A stretch of DNA of 64,000 bases from Lama guanicoe (Eukaryota), in assembly GCA_013239625.1 (NCBI GenBank), contig MU054391.1, positions 6,157,824 to 6,221,823 on the forward strand, read 5' to 3'. Position numbers and translations under genes: made by a program. Shown piece after piece: positions 1-13,820 of this stretch. Numbering within the stretch: the first letter of the stretch is position 1; each line of letters opens with the position of its first letter. Under the pieces are notes generated by a model that was given only the letters and a program-made list of their open reading frames with translations, was not told the origin of the DNA and made no database searches.

Positions 1-3000
1 CACACGTGTGTTTGCACCTGTCACGCCCACAGCTGCGTGCCCAGAACTTGGTGTGTGTATGTGTGTGCGCACGAGCATGTGTGCGTTTAGGGGACTTTGG
101 GGTTAGGATTCCAGCCTGGCTTGGTCTTGGCCTGTTTTGCGACTTTGTCGCCAGCTTGGAAGCTCTAGGTCCTTGTGTGCAGAACTGGACTGCCTCTCTG
201 AGGAACGGTTTGTTCGATGCTGGCAGGAAGAGGAAGTGCTGGCCACAGGGCGTGTTGAATTTTGTCTGACCGAGCGGGGTCCCGGCCCGGGTTTGGCCCG
301 GTTCCTGTTCAGGAAGCTGCCGTGAGGGGCGCGGAGACAGCAGTCCCCAGGCCCGGCTGCCCTCCCCTCGGTTCTCTCTTCCTGAAAAGACAGTTTCCCA
401 TCCTTGGTTTCCTCTGCCTGCTGAGTTTGGAGATGAAGGAATGCGCCTGGATGGCGGCCCTTCCCCTGACCCTCAAGCACGAGGTCCGCGTGGCCCACAG
501 AGTGGGGGTGCGGTGAGTGGATGTCAGCTTTCACCAGTTGCTTCGGATTTCACTTTTGCTACATCTGTGTTTCTGATCATTCTCCAACTGGGGCTGAAGA
601 TCTGAAAGTTTGCTTTTCCGTGGTGGGAGCCTCACGGCAGGGCCATGTGGCGCCAGGGCTGTGTGGCCGAGGTCAGGAGGGACCATCTTCCGAGAGGCTC
701 TTCCTCAGGCACAGTTTCTTCCACCTGAGCATGTGTTGAGCACCCACTCCATGCCCTCCATCAATTATTAAGCCCCTATTGTGTTCCAGGCACTGTGTTC
801 GATGTGGGGTTGATGGGTAAGGCTTGATGTCTGGGGAGCCCCCAGTTGGTGGGGGGGGGCAGGCAGGGGAGCACACAGGTATGACCCAGTGTCAGTGGCA
901 CTGCCAACGGGGCAGGGGGACCCCACAACTGCCTGGCCTGGAAGCCGAGGCTGAACCTGGAGAAGGAGGCCGGCATCCCCATCGCCTCTGCAAGCCCCTG
1001 GGGCCCCTCTCCCCACCCCTCCTTCCCCCAGTGCCCTCCCGAGTGAGCAGGTCAGTGCCGCAAGGGTCCCTGCCTCCCTGTCCCCTCACTAGCCTTACCC
1101 CGCAGGGAGGACAGTCTTGAACAGGTGTGACAAGTTCTCAGAGCTACAGTCGCGTGCCAGGCCGGTGAGGCCAGCAGGATGCTCCAGGAAGGAGAAGGGC
1201 CTGTGGGCCAGCAAGGCCGGGGCCCGGGGAGGTGGCGGGCAAGGCTCCCGGGCCAGAATGGGAGGCAGGGAAGAAACTGAGACCCAGAGCGTAGGGCTTG
1301 TTCGGGGAGGGGCAGAGCCAGGCCTTCCGGCAAGTCCTCCGTCTAAAACACCATGCTGCTTCTCCATGAATCAGTCATGAGGTAGGTGGAGGCCTCGACG
1401 GATCATCATTATCATCTGACTTGTTAATAGAAAAATTAAGATTTAAAGGGATCTAAAGTGACAAGTGACAGGGACGTTCCTAGAAACCGGAGATTGGGTG
1501 GCGGAGCAGAGCTCAGTACTGATGATATCGGGCACAAAGTGCCCTGGAGTGGGTGGGTTTTACTGGTTCAGAATCCTAAGCCAAGGGGAAAGGTCCCTGC
1601 ATTGCGGGGGTGCCGGCGGTCCCTGGGTCTTCAGCGCCCTGAGCCCCGGGCTCAGGCTGGGTCACACCCCGCAGCTTTGTTTCTGGGTGGAGCCTCTGTG
1701 GCCCTGGGGCAGCTCCTTCCTGCGGGGACCAGAGCTGACCCCCTCGGACCTGAGGTCCCCTTCTCACTCAGATCCCCCACCAGCTTGGGAAGCAGACTCT
1801 CCTCTCCCACCTGACCCTCAGCTTTTGGAACCAGGAAGGCCTCTCAGGCCAGGCACGTCCAAGCGCCTAGGCAGCTGGGAGCCCTGACCCGGCGCAGCAG
1901 CACCAGCCCACGGATTTGGGGCACTCCCACTCCTAACCACAGGGTGCCCGGGGACTCCTAGTACAGACCCCCTGCATCCTGCCACTCCTGCAGGGCTGAC
2001 TTTCCAATGCATTTTAGCCTTGAGGTCCGTGATTTCCCCTGAGGCCTCTAGAAAAATCCAGCTGGATGAGTCCTCGTGTCCCTGCTCCCCTGACTGGCTG
2101 TCCCAGAGCTTGGGGTGACCTGGCTGGGCTAGCCAGCCCGCCCCATCCCCACCGTTCACCTCCCTCCCTTCCTTCCTGGTGCCCTAGATCTTCCCCTGAG
2201 CCGCTGGGCCACGTCCTCCAGGTCAGTGGGGCAGAACGCCAGAGCCCAGGAGACAGCGGACTGCATAAACCACTTATTTTAATTGGAAGAGTTATATAAC
2301 AGTATATCAGAAAGTTGGCAGAATTTAGGGCCAAAACAATCTCTGCCAGTGGCACTCTCTCCTCTGTGTGTTCCCTTTTGGTCTTGCTTATTTTCCGTGC
2401 GGTGTTGGCACCTACCTTCCAGGGTTGCCTGTCACCCCCCACCTGACAGTCCTTGCAGGGTTTACGGATGGCAGTGGGGAGCTGTTTCTCTTCGTGTTCG
2501 CAGGGAACACAGGATGCAGAGACAGGGCCCTGTCCTGCCTTCAAGGTGCTGACCATCCAGACGGGAGGCACAGCTTAACTGAGCCAGCCTTCACAGCGTC
2601 CTGTGCCTGCCAGACCCGTGCTGGGTGCTGGTGAGGCGTGGCTCCTAGCAGCGTGCAGGGAGACAGACACGGAGGTATCTAGTTCAAAGACAAAACATGA
2701 CAAGGGACCAAGTGAGACAGGAGCAGGGTCTGGAGTAAGGGAGTGTTGGCTGGGAAGGGAGAAAATGCATCTGGCTACAGTTGGTTCTGCGACTGCCTCT
2801 TGGAAGGGCCTGGGAGCTGAGCTGGGACAGAGAGGAGGCAGGCAGACCTTCTTCCCCGGTGGTATGGAGATGGTGTCCTAACCCCGTCCTCCCTGGCATG
2901 GACCAGTCCACAGTGACCTTGTCTGTCTGCATGCGACTGGTTGATGGCCTGGCTCCTCTGCTCTGAGGCAGGATGCCCAAGGGATGGGACTTGGGCCTGT

Positions 3001-4196
3001 TCACCACCCAGAATAAATGCTTTACAGCACTGTTTGGACAGACGGGGAGGGCGGAGATAGGCTGATGTCTGCGCAGTAGAAGATTCCCATGGGCTCATCC
3101 CAGAAGGGTGGTCTTTACAGGAGGATCTGAGCCCAGAGGGAGGTCTGGGGTCTCTTCTCTTGTTGTCTTTTGAGGAGAAAATTAGAAAATCATTAAGAAC
3201 AAAACAGTGTGAGGAGGGGAGAGAAAATTCCTACCCGTAACCCTGGCACAAGAGGTGACACTTTGGTGTACGTCCAGCCCCGGGACACCCCTGCTCAGAT
3301 CCGTGTTCCTATAGGTGTGACTTCGTACGTGGGATCATTCCTCATCTGCTGTTTGAAAGCCTACTTTTTTCACTTAGCAACACTTCGTTCTCTGCAGAAT
3401 TCACCAGTCAGCACCGTATTGACAAGCAACCTCTCCTGCCCGGACACTCTGCTACTCATCCTGGGACAGGGGTCTGGGGGGGTGCATCTCTGGGGCTTTT
3501 CTCAAATGAGAGTCCTGTGTCACAGCTGTCCGGGGGAGACAAAGTGGGCAGGAGGAATGGGAAGGGCCCCCATTCCTATTTCATATTGTTTAGGAAACTC
3601 AAGATTAAGCTGCCAGACGAGACGCAGAAGTAAGAACACAAATTATAACTCTATCGTTCTTGGTGGTTATTACATTAACTGTATCATTATTTGTCGGGAT
3701 GCACGTGAATTCTGAAATCAGAATCGACCTGGATTTAAGCTCCAGATTGCCCTCTTAGCAGCCTGGTGACCTTGGATGAGTTAGCTGCCACGTGTACGGC
3801 AGGGACCAGTACCTCCCTCTGAGAGTTGGAGGAGAAAATGAAACCCAAGAAAAATCTGCAGGACAGCGTGTTATACATACGGGGCACTCAGCAGATGCTG
3901 GCTCCCCTTCTGCCCTTCTTTTGTATCTGGTAAAACACGAAGGAATCAACCGGAAAACTATCAATCTAGTAAAATAATCAGGAGAGTAGTTGGAGAGAGG
4001 ATAGTCTTATTAGCCATGACCACTTATTAACGTATAATAATTTTCCTATTCTTGTGCTGAAAATGTTATGTCGATGATTAACACGACCATGTACATTTGT
4101 CAAAACCCACTAACTGTAAACCTCAAACGAGTGATTTTTATGATATGTAAATTATACCTTAAAGATTTGACTTGACAAAAAAAAGACTCCATTCTT

Positions 4197-4433
4197 TTTT
4201 TTTTTAAAGTATAGTCAGTTTACAATTTTGTGTCAGTTTCTGGTGTACAGCATAATGTTTCAGTCATACATGTACATACACGTACTTGTTTTCGTACTCT
4301 TTTTTTATTATAGGATGCTACAAGATATTGAATATAGTTCCCTCTGCTATACAGAAGAAACTTGTGTATCTATTTTATATATATATAACAGTATCTGCAA
4401 ATCTCAAACTCTCAATTTATCCCTTCCCACTCT
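4197..4433 (-). mobile_element. 5'-truncated L1 3' end (relatively young, cetartiodactyl-type)
   Basis: Poly-T then ...tttctggtgtacagcataatg...aatatagttccct..; 17-bp TSD aaaaagactccattctt (4180-4196) / aaaaagaccccattctt (4434-4450). Confidence 0.85.
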
Positions 4434-5103
4434 AAAAAGACCCCATTCTTAATGCTGACAATGCATGTGAAAATACGCAGGTCTAGCATTAAGGAGAAAT
4501 ATGCCTGACCTAGATGAAGGAAAAAATTACATTTAACTATTCTGTTATTTTTGTCCTTTATTACAAAAGTTATACATCATACACATAGCTCATCATGCAG
4601 CAGGCATTTATTGAGTGCCTGCTGTGTGCCAGATGCTGTTTTAGGCCGTGAGGATCCACCTGAAAAATAAAGTGACAAACCTCCCATGTCAAGAGGAGAC
4701 CAATAATAAATGTGATAAGTGGGTAAATCATATCACATGTCGGGTGCTGGATACCCTGAGAAGGCGCTGAGAGGAGTGATGGGGAAGCAGGTGTGTAGGA
4801 GCGAGGGTCTCACAGGTTTAGGTCAGTGGGTGACGGCAGACCTCATTAAGATGGTGATGAGTGAGCAAAGTGTGGGTATCCCTGCCGAGGAGGGTGGTCC
4901 AGGGCGAGCCAGTGCAAGACCCACGGGGGAGTGGGTCTGTCAGATGGGAGGAGCGGCAGGGGGAGCAACCGGAGCACCCTCTAACGCTGAACGGGAAAAT
5001 ACAGCCTCCCAGCCCCAGCCAGGCAGGCCAGTCCTGGACCACACTGTCTTTCTTAGAGCTCCTACCTCATGTGTCTCATGAAATGCAATAAGACTGCATT
5101 TTT

Positions 5104-5186
5104 TTTAATGGAGGCACTGGGGATTGATCCCAGGACCTCGTGCATGCTAAGCATGTGCTCTACCACTGAGTTTTAACCCCATCCCG
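5104..5186 (-). mobile_element. tRNA-derived SINE (camelid Vic-1-like)
   Basis: Reverse complement GGGATGGGGTTAAAACTCAGTGGTAGAGCACATGCTTAGCATGCACGAGGTCCTGGGATCAATCCCCAGTGCCTCC + A tail; approximate TSD agactgcattttt / agactacaattttt. Confidence 0.85.
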
Positions 5187-6989
5187 AGACTACAATTTTT
5201 CCATATACTGCATTGTGACCTAATGTAATAACTTACTGAAATCTTTATTCTATTTTAGTAAAATCATCCTTTGTGGCCCAACTCTGCAGGCTGTGTTACT
5301 ATTTCATTCCTTAACGTGCACTGCAATTTATTAAACTAACTAATGCCCTGCTTTTCAGCGCTTGGTCCTTCTAGAAGGCACCATGGAGAGGTGTGGGGGG
5401 AACCAGGCAGCAGGAGCTGTGTCCACCCCGAATGGCCAAGTAGGGGGCGCTGAGCTGAGCCACAACTGAAGCCCGGCACCTTGTATGTCCAGACTTGCTG
5501 GACACTCGGGGTTTATTCTGTTTTCCCATTGCTCAAGATGCAGAGATGCTTCACCTGGCAAGGTGTGGGGGTAGCATTTGATAATGTCACTGCCAGTTTG
5601 TTTCCCAGCCTGTGGGATCCAGAATAGTTACGTGGCTTCACCCACTGCAGCTACTGGGCTGGTACACAAGTGCTGGCCACACAGGACCCCCTCCTACCAG
5701 GGCACCCCTCCCTCTACTCCTCCCGGCCTGCCTCCAAGCCCGCCTGCGGGCCCTCTTTCCTGGAAGCTTCCCTTCCTCTCTGCTCACATCATCCCTCCCA
5801 TGACCTGTGCGTTGAACTTGGAAAGTATCCCCAGCAGACGAGCATCTTGAGGGCAGCACCCAGGGCTCAGGGTACCCACTGAAACACAGGACCTGAGATA
5901 CAGAAGTGGCTATTCGGGAGTTATGTTCTGAAGAACTGTCGGCCCAGTGTGGAAAGTAAACAGGTAAACATACATGAACACTCAAAGTCTGCAGCCGCCC
6001 ACTGACCTGTGTGTGGTGTCAGCTGTCCCCGCCTGGGTGATGGGAGGATGGTTGTGGGGCCTTTTCCCTGGCCACATCTGCATTTTCAGCCAACACTTTA
6101 TGTGACGTGGCATGTGTGTATCAGATGGGCCGAGGGTACAAAACTGGAGAACTGTTAAATTCCAGACGCTCTGGTAGGTTGAAAGGATGAGCTGAACGTA
6201 AGATGAATTTCAGCCGAGTTAAAGGCACTGTGGTTAAGTACAGATTCACTCATTCATGAGTGTGCTGTTTGAGGAAAAAAATGTAAAGATGTGGGAGGCT
6301 TGTGCGCACGCTCGGATCCTGGCTTTCCCTGGTTGGTCTATGCAGGCTGCCCTGCAGCCCCCGAGCTGGAATCCGGAGTAGGCCTGGCTGTGGGTCCTTT
6401 GGACCAAGCTTCCAGGAGCCCCTCTCGTAAGGGAAGGGCTTCTTGCCCCAGGTCCACCAATCACTGCAGCACAGCACAGCACAGTTTTAACTGCAAGATG
6501 CCCACCAGCACTGCAGAGGCGTAGGAAGAGCTGGTTGTGAGTCGTGGCCTGCCTTTCCTTTTGCCACAGTAACTTTGTATTTTAAAAAATCTAGCTCTCA
6601 GTCAGTAAGTGCAGGAGGTTGACTTGGTCCAGAGACACCAGGTTCCTGTGCTGTGGGGCTGGTGAGAAGGTGTGTGGGCAGGTGGGTGGAGGTCAGCCTG
6701 CTGATTTTGGAGAGCCAGAGAGTATAAAGGGGAGCTGCTGTGGGCCGGGCAGGGGTAGGTGTGTGTTTGCTGGTTGCGTCTTTAATACGACTGCCCCCTG
6801 GACTTTTTCCACTCAGGACAGCCCTGCTGGACACAAGTCTCCCAGCCGCCAGTGAAGGTCTCCCTGCCGTGATCCACTTGGTCCCCCTTTCACCAGGGAG
6901 CTGGGGTGCTGACCACAGCCACCCACCGACCTGTGGTGCGTCAGCTGCCGCTGCCCGGGTGAGGGAGTGTCTCGGGAAGTCCTTGGCAA

Positions 6990-7300
6990 GGCCGCTCCCT
7001 AGACATTTCCTCTATCTCTGCATGGCTAGCTCTTATTCACCCTTTGGGTCACTGTTAAGATGCTTCCTCCTCCAAGAAGTCTTCCCAGATCCTAAGCTAG
7101 GGCTGCCGGCCTCACTGTGGCCCCTGCTCAAATCCTGCACACATGTCATGGCACATGTCATTCTGCTCTGTCATCTCCTGGGGTGCTTAAGTGAGCTCCT
7201 TGAAAGCAAGAATTGTTCATGCTCCCTGTTGCATCTGTAACACCAAGACAGTGCTGGGGGCCTAGTAACTGTTCAGTTAAATGTGTTTTGAATGAGTGAA
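6990..7300 (+). mobile_element. L2 3' end
   Basis: catggctagctc..ttcacc.ttgggtc...gtgagctccttgaaagcaag...cagttaaatgtgttttgaatgagtgaa. Confidence 0.65.
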
Positions 7301-7822
7301 AGAACGCATAGATGGGACTCCCATTCCCTGTCAAAGATCAGCTCATCACTCCTACGAGAAGGGTCAGACGTGGGAACCACTGGGCATCTTGGTTGGCCTA
7401 GGTTACCTGGGTCAGTGCGGTGCAGGACAGAGGCAGCCCCCAGGTCCTCATGGGGGCTCATGCTACCCCGAGGGCTGGACTTTCTGAAACACTGCTCCCT
7501 GCCCCTGAGTGGGGTGAGTGTAAAACGTGGGTGTGGTCTCCAGAGCAAGCCAGTTACACAGGCTGCCCATCCTCCTGCTCCTGCGGGCCACCCAGCAGGC
7601 CTTCGGCGCTCTTCCTGAACACTTCCTGGAGCCCCTCCCTTTTAAAAGGATCCTGGGGAGCGGGGGCTTCCTTGTTCGAGACTCTAGAGCAGTGGGCGTC
7701 CTCCATGACCTTTGACCCGGTATTTGGAGATAAGGGTGTGGTTCCATCAGCCCACCCCGGCACTAGATTCTGAAACCAGTGGAGAGGTGAACTCAAGCGA
7801 TGACCACCAGGGACTGTCTACC

Positions 7823-8044
7823 TCAGGGTCTCACCCTCGGCATTGTGGACATCTTGGGGGGGCATAATTCTTTGTTGGGGGGTGTGCATCCTGTGCACTG
7901 TAGGGTGTTTACCATCATCCTTGGCCTCCACCCGTTAGGTGCCAGTAGATGACACCCCCCCCCCCCCGTTAAATAACCAGAAATGCCTCCAGACATCACC
8001 AAATGTCCCCCGGACGCAAAATTGCCCCTGGTTGAGAATTACTA
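7823..8044 (-). mobile_element. MER20 (hAT-Charlie DNA transposon)
   Basis: Near full-length match to the recalled MER20 consensus (..ccagacatcaccaaatgtcccc..gcaaaattgcccctggttgagaa). Confidence 0.85.
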
Positions 8045-11000
8045 AATTATATGTATGTGTACGAATACAGAGACACCGCCCCCCCCACACCCCTTTTTGC
8101 TGGTGGTTCTGGGTGACAAGCTTGTTCTAGGACCAGCATCAGCTTCCTGCTGCTTGCCCCCACCCTTAAAAATGTTTCCCAATCAGGCAGACAGCTGAGC
8201 AGCTGCCGACCTCCACTGCTGGGGCAGCGTAGGGGACACGGGGGACCAGGTTGGAAGGTCATTTCTTCAGCCAGATCAGATGAGCCACTCCTCCCCTTCA
8301 GGAGCAAAGTGAGAAGTGTCCTTGCAGAAGACCCCTCGTGCAAGGACCGAGACTGAGGGACAGAACCTGCCAACTCACATCACACGGGACAAGTCTGCAA
8401 AGAGAAAGCTGTCAACTAAACGAGATACAGGGACCTCTCTCAGGCAATCACTGCTTCACCCCATGCTGACCATGCAGTTTGGCGCCAGCCTGTGTACCAC
8501 GCGGGTGAGACCCCGTCCCCTCCACGTTCCTCCCCTGTGGGTACAGGCGCTAAGCTGCAGCCCCAGACAAGTGTGGTAAAAGTGAGTGGCTGGGAGCTGA
8601 GGCTTCCCTCTGCAAGGGCCTGTGAGCTGGATCTGAGCGGAGAGTAGTTGTCTGGGGGCCGAGAACGCATTCTTCGCAGAGGAAATAGCAGTGGCGGGTC
8701 AGGGCTTGGCAGTCAAAAAAACCCCTCAGACTTTTCCTCCCAACTGTGAAGTGAGCTGAGAGACTGAAATCAAAGACAAAAACAGAGACGCGGGGCCGTG
8801 CAGAGGCCCAGCGGTGAGCCACCTCTGCCCTGCGCTAGTGCCGGGCAGTTGCTTTGCAAATGTTTTTTCTTGTCATCTTTCCAAGAGCACAGCAGAGCAC
8901 CTGGGGCCCTGAGAGGCCCAGAGCCTGACCTAGGGCTGCGCAGGGCTGCCAGACCAGCCAAGCCGCGATTGATCCGGGGTGACTCCGGGACGCCAGCGCT
9001 TCCTCCTGGTGGCCTCAGCTCCAGTGCTTACGGGAAATGCGGTGCCCAGGCTGAGCCCCAGAGGGGATCTGGGGCAGGGCCTGGGAATCTGCGTTCAAGC
9101 AAGCGGCCGGCTCCAGGCTGGGGTCCTGATGGGCAGTGGTGGGATGAGCTGGAGGGAGCTGGAGGGAGGCTGTGGGTGGAAGGCGGCTCCGGGGAACCTA
9201 GTCCTCGGTGCAGACGCTCCGCACAGGAGCCTCGTGCCTCCCAGGCCAGCCGGCGGGGCTGTGACTTTCCACGTGGTGCTGGGCCGATTTCACTTATGGA
9301 CGCAGAGTGGAGAGCAGCGCGGGCAGCTCCCGGCGACAGTGGTCCACCCGGGGCGGTGGCGGGATCGCTGCCTGCTCGGCTGAGCGGCGGTGTCACTAAT
9401 GGGATCCGCAGAGCCTCCCGGGCGCTTGTGGTGCGGCGGCTGCCGCAGGAACCCGGCGGCTGCTCATTTGCGGGGAATGAATAATTTATTTGTGTTTTCA
9501 GATGACTTATCCCTTCATCACAGATGCGGCGGCTCTGCTGGCTCACTCTTGGCTACTGAATAAGTGGCTTCGGAGGAGAATTGGCCTTAATCCTCCACGG
9601 CCCTGAACCCCGTTTGCGGGCTGGTTTGCAGGCTGCGTTTCAGGGGAGCCCAGATCCTCTCTAGGCGCTTTCCTTTCTGTCTCTTTGTGGTGAAGTTATG
9701 CTTTTCCTGCTGGTGACCTGCTTCAGGAAGCATAGCCTGGAGCACTGCTGGCCTGGGGGTCTAGGGTAGACCAGCAACTAGGACGTTAATGCAACCGTGC
9801 AGTAGCGTTCTGTCGCGGGGGGGGGGGGCTGGGTTTGTTTCCAATTTCTGTGTTTGACCAGCAGAAAGCCACTTAGGATCACAAACACCTCAAGAAGCCC
9901 TGATTTTCACGAGTGCCAGTGCTCAGGTTGCTCACGCTCTCCCCAGTGGTCTCCCCCTGACACCAGCCTTGGCACTGTGGTCCTTCCCGCCCAGGCTGCC
10001 GTGCTGACCTTCCTCCTCGTCCACTGCTCGAGAGCCTACCATGGCTCCCTATTGCTAAAAGCAACCTGAACCCCAGTGTTCAGAGCCCTCCGTTGTCTGA
10101 CTGTGTCATTCCTCTGCAGCCTCACCTTGAATCTCCTCTTCCTCTGAGCAGCCTGCTTGCTGACTCACACATTAAACGTTGATTGAAAGTTCGCCATGCT
10201 CCCGGCGCCATGCGTGGGAGACTTGGGGGCAAGACCCCGCCCTGAGAGTGCCCAGTCTAGAAGGGCCAGGAGCCCCAGCATACAGGTTACAGGCAGCGCT
10301 CACAGACCCTCAGGGCTTCAGGGATGGGGCAGGCTGCTTGGGAGCGAGTCTCAGAATTTTCAGCATCTTCGTCCTGCCACACTTGCTGGGATTGAGGCCC
10401 CCACAGGACCTGATCTGGGCTTGATTGTCGGGTCCTCAAATGCTAAGTGATGGGGCTGCGGGACCACGAGGGGCTTCAGTCAGGGCAGAAGGGGGGCATC
10501 TGGAGCCTGGCCTTTGGAGGCTGCTCTGCAAGCAGCCACGCTGGGAGCCCCTCTGCCCACCCTTCCTGCCTCTGCACAGACCCCACCTCAGGCCCCACCC
10601 TCTGCCCTGCCACGGGTCTTGCCTAATTACACTTAAATGCTTAATTAGTGCCACTTTCCTTGCTCCTTTATTGCTCCTGGAGGGCACGGTTTAGTCTCTG
10701 GCAGCCCTCACTGGGTGGGCCCAGGAGGCCCAGCTGGCATGGCATTACCTGGCTGTGTGACCTTGGGAAGATGGCTTAACCTCTCTGAGCCTCCATTGCC
10801 CATCTGTAGGTGGGGTGATGGTCCTGAGAGTGGGATGGAGTGTGAATGTGCCCGGCGGTCCTGAGGTGGAGCCTTAAAGGCTAGGAGCTTAAAGAGCTTC
10901 CATGTGAATTCATCACCTCCTGCGGCCCCCGCAGTCCCCCCAGGAGCTCACGGTGGGGAGCAGCCCTGAAGGACTGGTGACTTGCCCAGGGCCACGTGGT

Positions 11001-11979
11001 GACGTGTCAGAGCCCAGATCTGACATGCTTTGGGCCACCTCCATGTGGAGGGTGCTTCCTACCCCGCGTTCCTGGTGCTCTAGTACCTGCTCCCAGGGTG
11101 TCCAGGGTGAGCCCAGGGATGACGTTGTCTGGGAGCAGCTCTCCTGTCCTTTGCTGCCTGGCCGTGGCCCCACTGGTTGTAAAGGGAGGGGACACTGGGA
11201 GTCAGGTGCAGTAAGGGTGCCCCTACGCTCCCTCTCCTTGTGGTTACTTACTTGAGACGTCCTAGGTGAGGGAGCCCCACTTCCCTTCTATGGCCAGAGA
11301 ACAGAGAGCCAAGGGGCACCGATCTACACAGCATGACTCACCGTCACCTGGTGACCCCTCCCTTAGCTCCTGTTTAGAATTATATGCCCCCTCCCCTCCC
11401 CCTGCAGGACTTAACAGTATGTGGTATGAACCACATGCAACCACTACCATGCAACTGAGAGGGCAGGGCTCTGGGTCTGTGTGCTGTCTGTGCCTGGACG
11501 ATCGGCGAGTTTGTGAGCCATTGGGTAAGTGGACGGAGGAACACAGCTCACAGGCAGCTGGACCAGCCAGAGCCAGCTCCTGCCTCCAGTCTGGGACCAG
11601 AGGGGTGCATCCTGGGCAGGTAGGGAGCCTCCTTCCTTGGAGGAACAGCTGCTCAGAGTGGGAATCGCTGGTTGGATATGAGGCAGCTCCTTAGGGAGTG
11701 GTGACACCTCCCCTGAGTGACCTGAGTTGGAGGCAGAAGCCCATGGTTTCTTCCTCTTTCTGACTCTGTGGCTCCAGGCAAGACCTGAACTTCTCTGGGC
11801 CTCAGCGTCCTCATCCGTGAAGTGGGGGTAAGAATGAACCCTGTGTGCCCACCGAGGCTCTCGTGAAGTTGGCTGGGTCATAGGTGGAAACTTGCTGCCA
11901 TTCAAGGGGTACGTGACTCTTGTCCTCTCCTGCCTGTGGGCTATCAATGAAAGGGCAATTTTAAAAATTATTATTAATA

Positions 11980-12260
11980 GCTTTATTTTTTTAGAGCAGT
12001 TTCAGGTTCACAGCAGAATTGAGCAGAAAATACAGAGTTCACACATAGCCCTCCCCACCCACACACATATACTCCTCCACTCTCAACATCCCTCTTCAGT
12101 GTAGCTTGTTTGGCACAATCGATGAACCAACATGGACACATTATTATCAACCAAAGTCCATAGTTTACATTAGGGTTTACTCTTGATGCTGTACATTCAG
12201 TGGATTTTGACAAATGCTTAATGACATGTTGCCACCACTATAGTGTCAAACAGAATAACG
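11980..12260 (-). mobile_element. L1MC-type 3' UTR fragment
   Basis: ttttttagagcagtttcaggttcacagc...ccaaagtccatagtttacattagggtt. Confidence 0.8.
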
Positions 12261-13439
12261 GAAATTGCTGAAAAGGGCAATTTTGACAGCTTGTTCCAAA
12301 CCCTTCCCTTCTCTCCTCCAACATCGCTATTCATAAAACTTTCAGAAAGTTTAAGAGAGGCCTGTGGCTCAGCTCTTGGGGCAGGCGACCAGCAGGGGAT
12401 GGGTGGCTTGCGGCCTGAGCACTGGGAGGGGCACTTGTTTGGGTGCCTGAATCTTCCTTCACATCTCTGCCCAGCACTGAAAGCGCCTCCATCCATCCAG
12501 GCTGGTACCTGGCTCTCCGATCCTGGGTAAGTCCCTTCTCTGGGCGCTGTTTGCTCAACTGCAAAATGAAGGAAGATTGGACAAGGTGGGTGTTCTTTCT
12601 TTTCTTTCTCTTTGTCATTATTCTTTGCAGCCAAACCTTTTCCCTCCCAAGTGAAATCGTGGGTGGAGGTCCATGTACACGGCAGGTGAGGTGGCCTCAC
12701 AGGGGTGGGGGGAGGTCGGACTGCTTCTTGGCACTCGCGAGGGACCCCCCAGGGGACTGGGGTTTTTGGGGTCCCCTCAGCTGCAAAAGTGTGAGCTTGT
12801 TCTCTGGCCGAGACAGCTGACAGTGGGCGTGTCTGGGCAGAATGTGCCCCCAAATAGAAATTGCTGGATCGGGTTTGGATCTCTTGCTCCCCGCCTCCCC
12901 AGAGCCCACCGGTGTTTCCCCTGTGGCTGCCTCATTGTTCTCTGTTGGCAAAAGTTTGCTTTTTCTTCCTCTCTCCGGAATAGGAGGCGCCTCAGACGCC
13001 GCCGGAGAAGAACGCCAGGGCAGGGTTTTTATGGCCCCTGGTCCCAGGCTCTTTGGCATCATGAGCCGATGAGGGGGAAGCAGTGACCTGAGCTCTGGAG
13101 GTTCCAAGAATTTATTAATGGGCAATGAGCCATTTTATTTTCTTTCCTACCCACGGAGAATCAAGAATGAACAAGCTTAGATTTTATGTCTCGAGGAAAT
13201 GCAGCACCTTTAGAAGTGACCTCCCGCCTGAGGGGGAGAGGTCTGGAAGGTTGCAAGGAGGTCCCACTTTTTGCTGCCCCCCAGGTCCAGGGGATCTTAT
13301 AGTGCCTTTCTCCAGTGCCTGGTGTTTTTGTAGCACTGCTTTTCAAAGTTCTTCTACAGCAATTGTGCTCAAAACAAAAATGTGAACTCCTTGCCTGTCC
13401 TCTGAGCCCCTCCTCACTGCTGACCTCATCTCTTAATCC

Positions 13440-13820
13440 CCTACCTCTGGCCTTGTTTGTGATGCTTCAGCCATACCTATCTTCTTGCTGCTTCCAAGCA
13501 TGCTCCTACCTCAGGGCCTTTGCACTTGCTGTTCCCTCTGCCCAGAGCCTTCTTCATAAGTCTGTCCCTTCCTCCTCATTTGTGTCCCTGACTCAGGACT
13601 TCCCTGAGCATCCAGGCTATAGTACCACCCCAACCCCTTGTCCCCCTGGTGATCTTTGTCAAACCACTTCTCTTTGTTGGTTTCCTAGCAGTCTGGGCTT
13701 GCTTTCCCCATTGGTGCCTTGTTACTGGAAAGGAAGCCCCTTGAGAGCAGGGTGCCTGTCAATGCTCAGTATGTCCAATGCCTGGCACATAGTAGCTCAT
13801 CAGTAAATTTCAGCCCAGTA
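13440..13820 (+). mobile_element. L2 3' end
   Basis: cctcagggcctttgcacttgctgttccctctgcc...aatgcctggcacatagtagctcatcagtaaat. Confidence 0.75.

Noticed and set aside
5434-5452. CTCF-like ggccaagtagggggcgctg
   Set aside because: Mismatch at a core C and isolated; cannot be supported without ChIP data.
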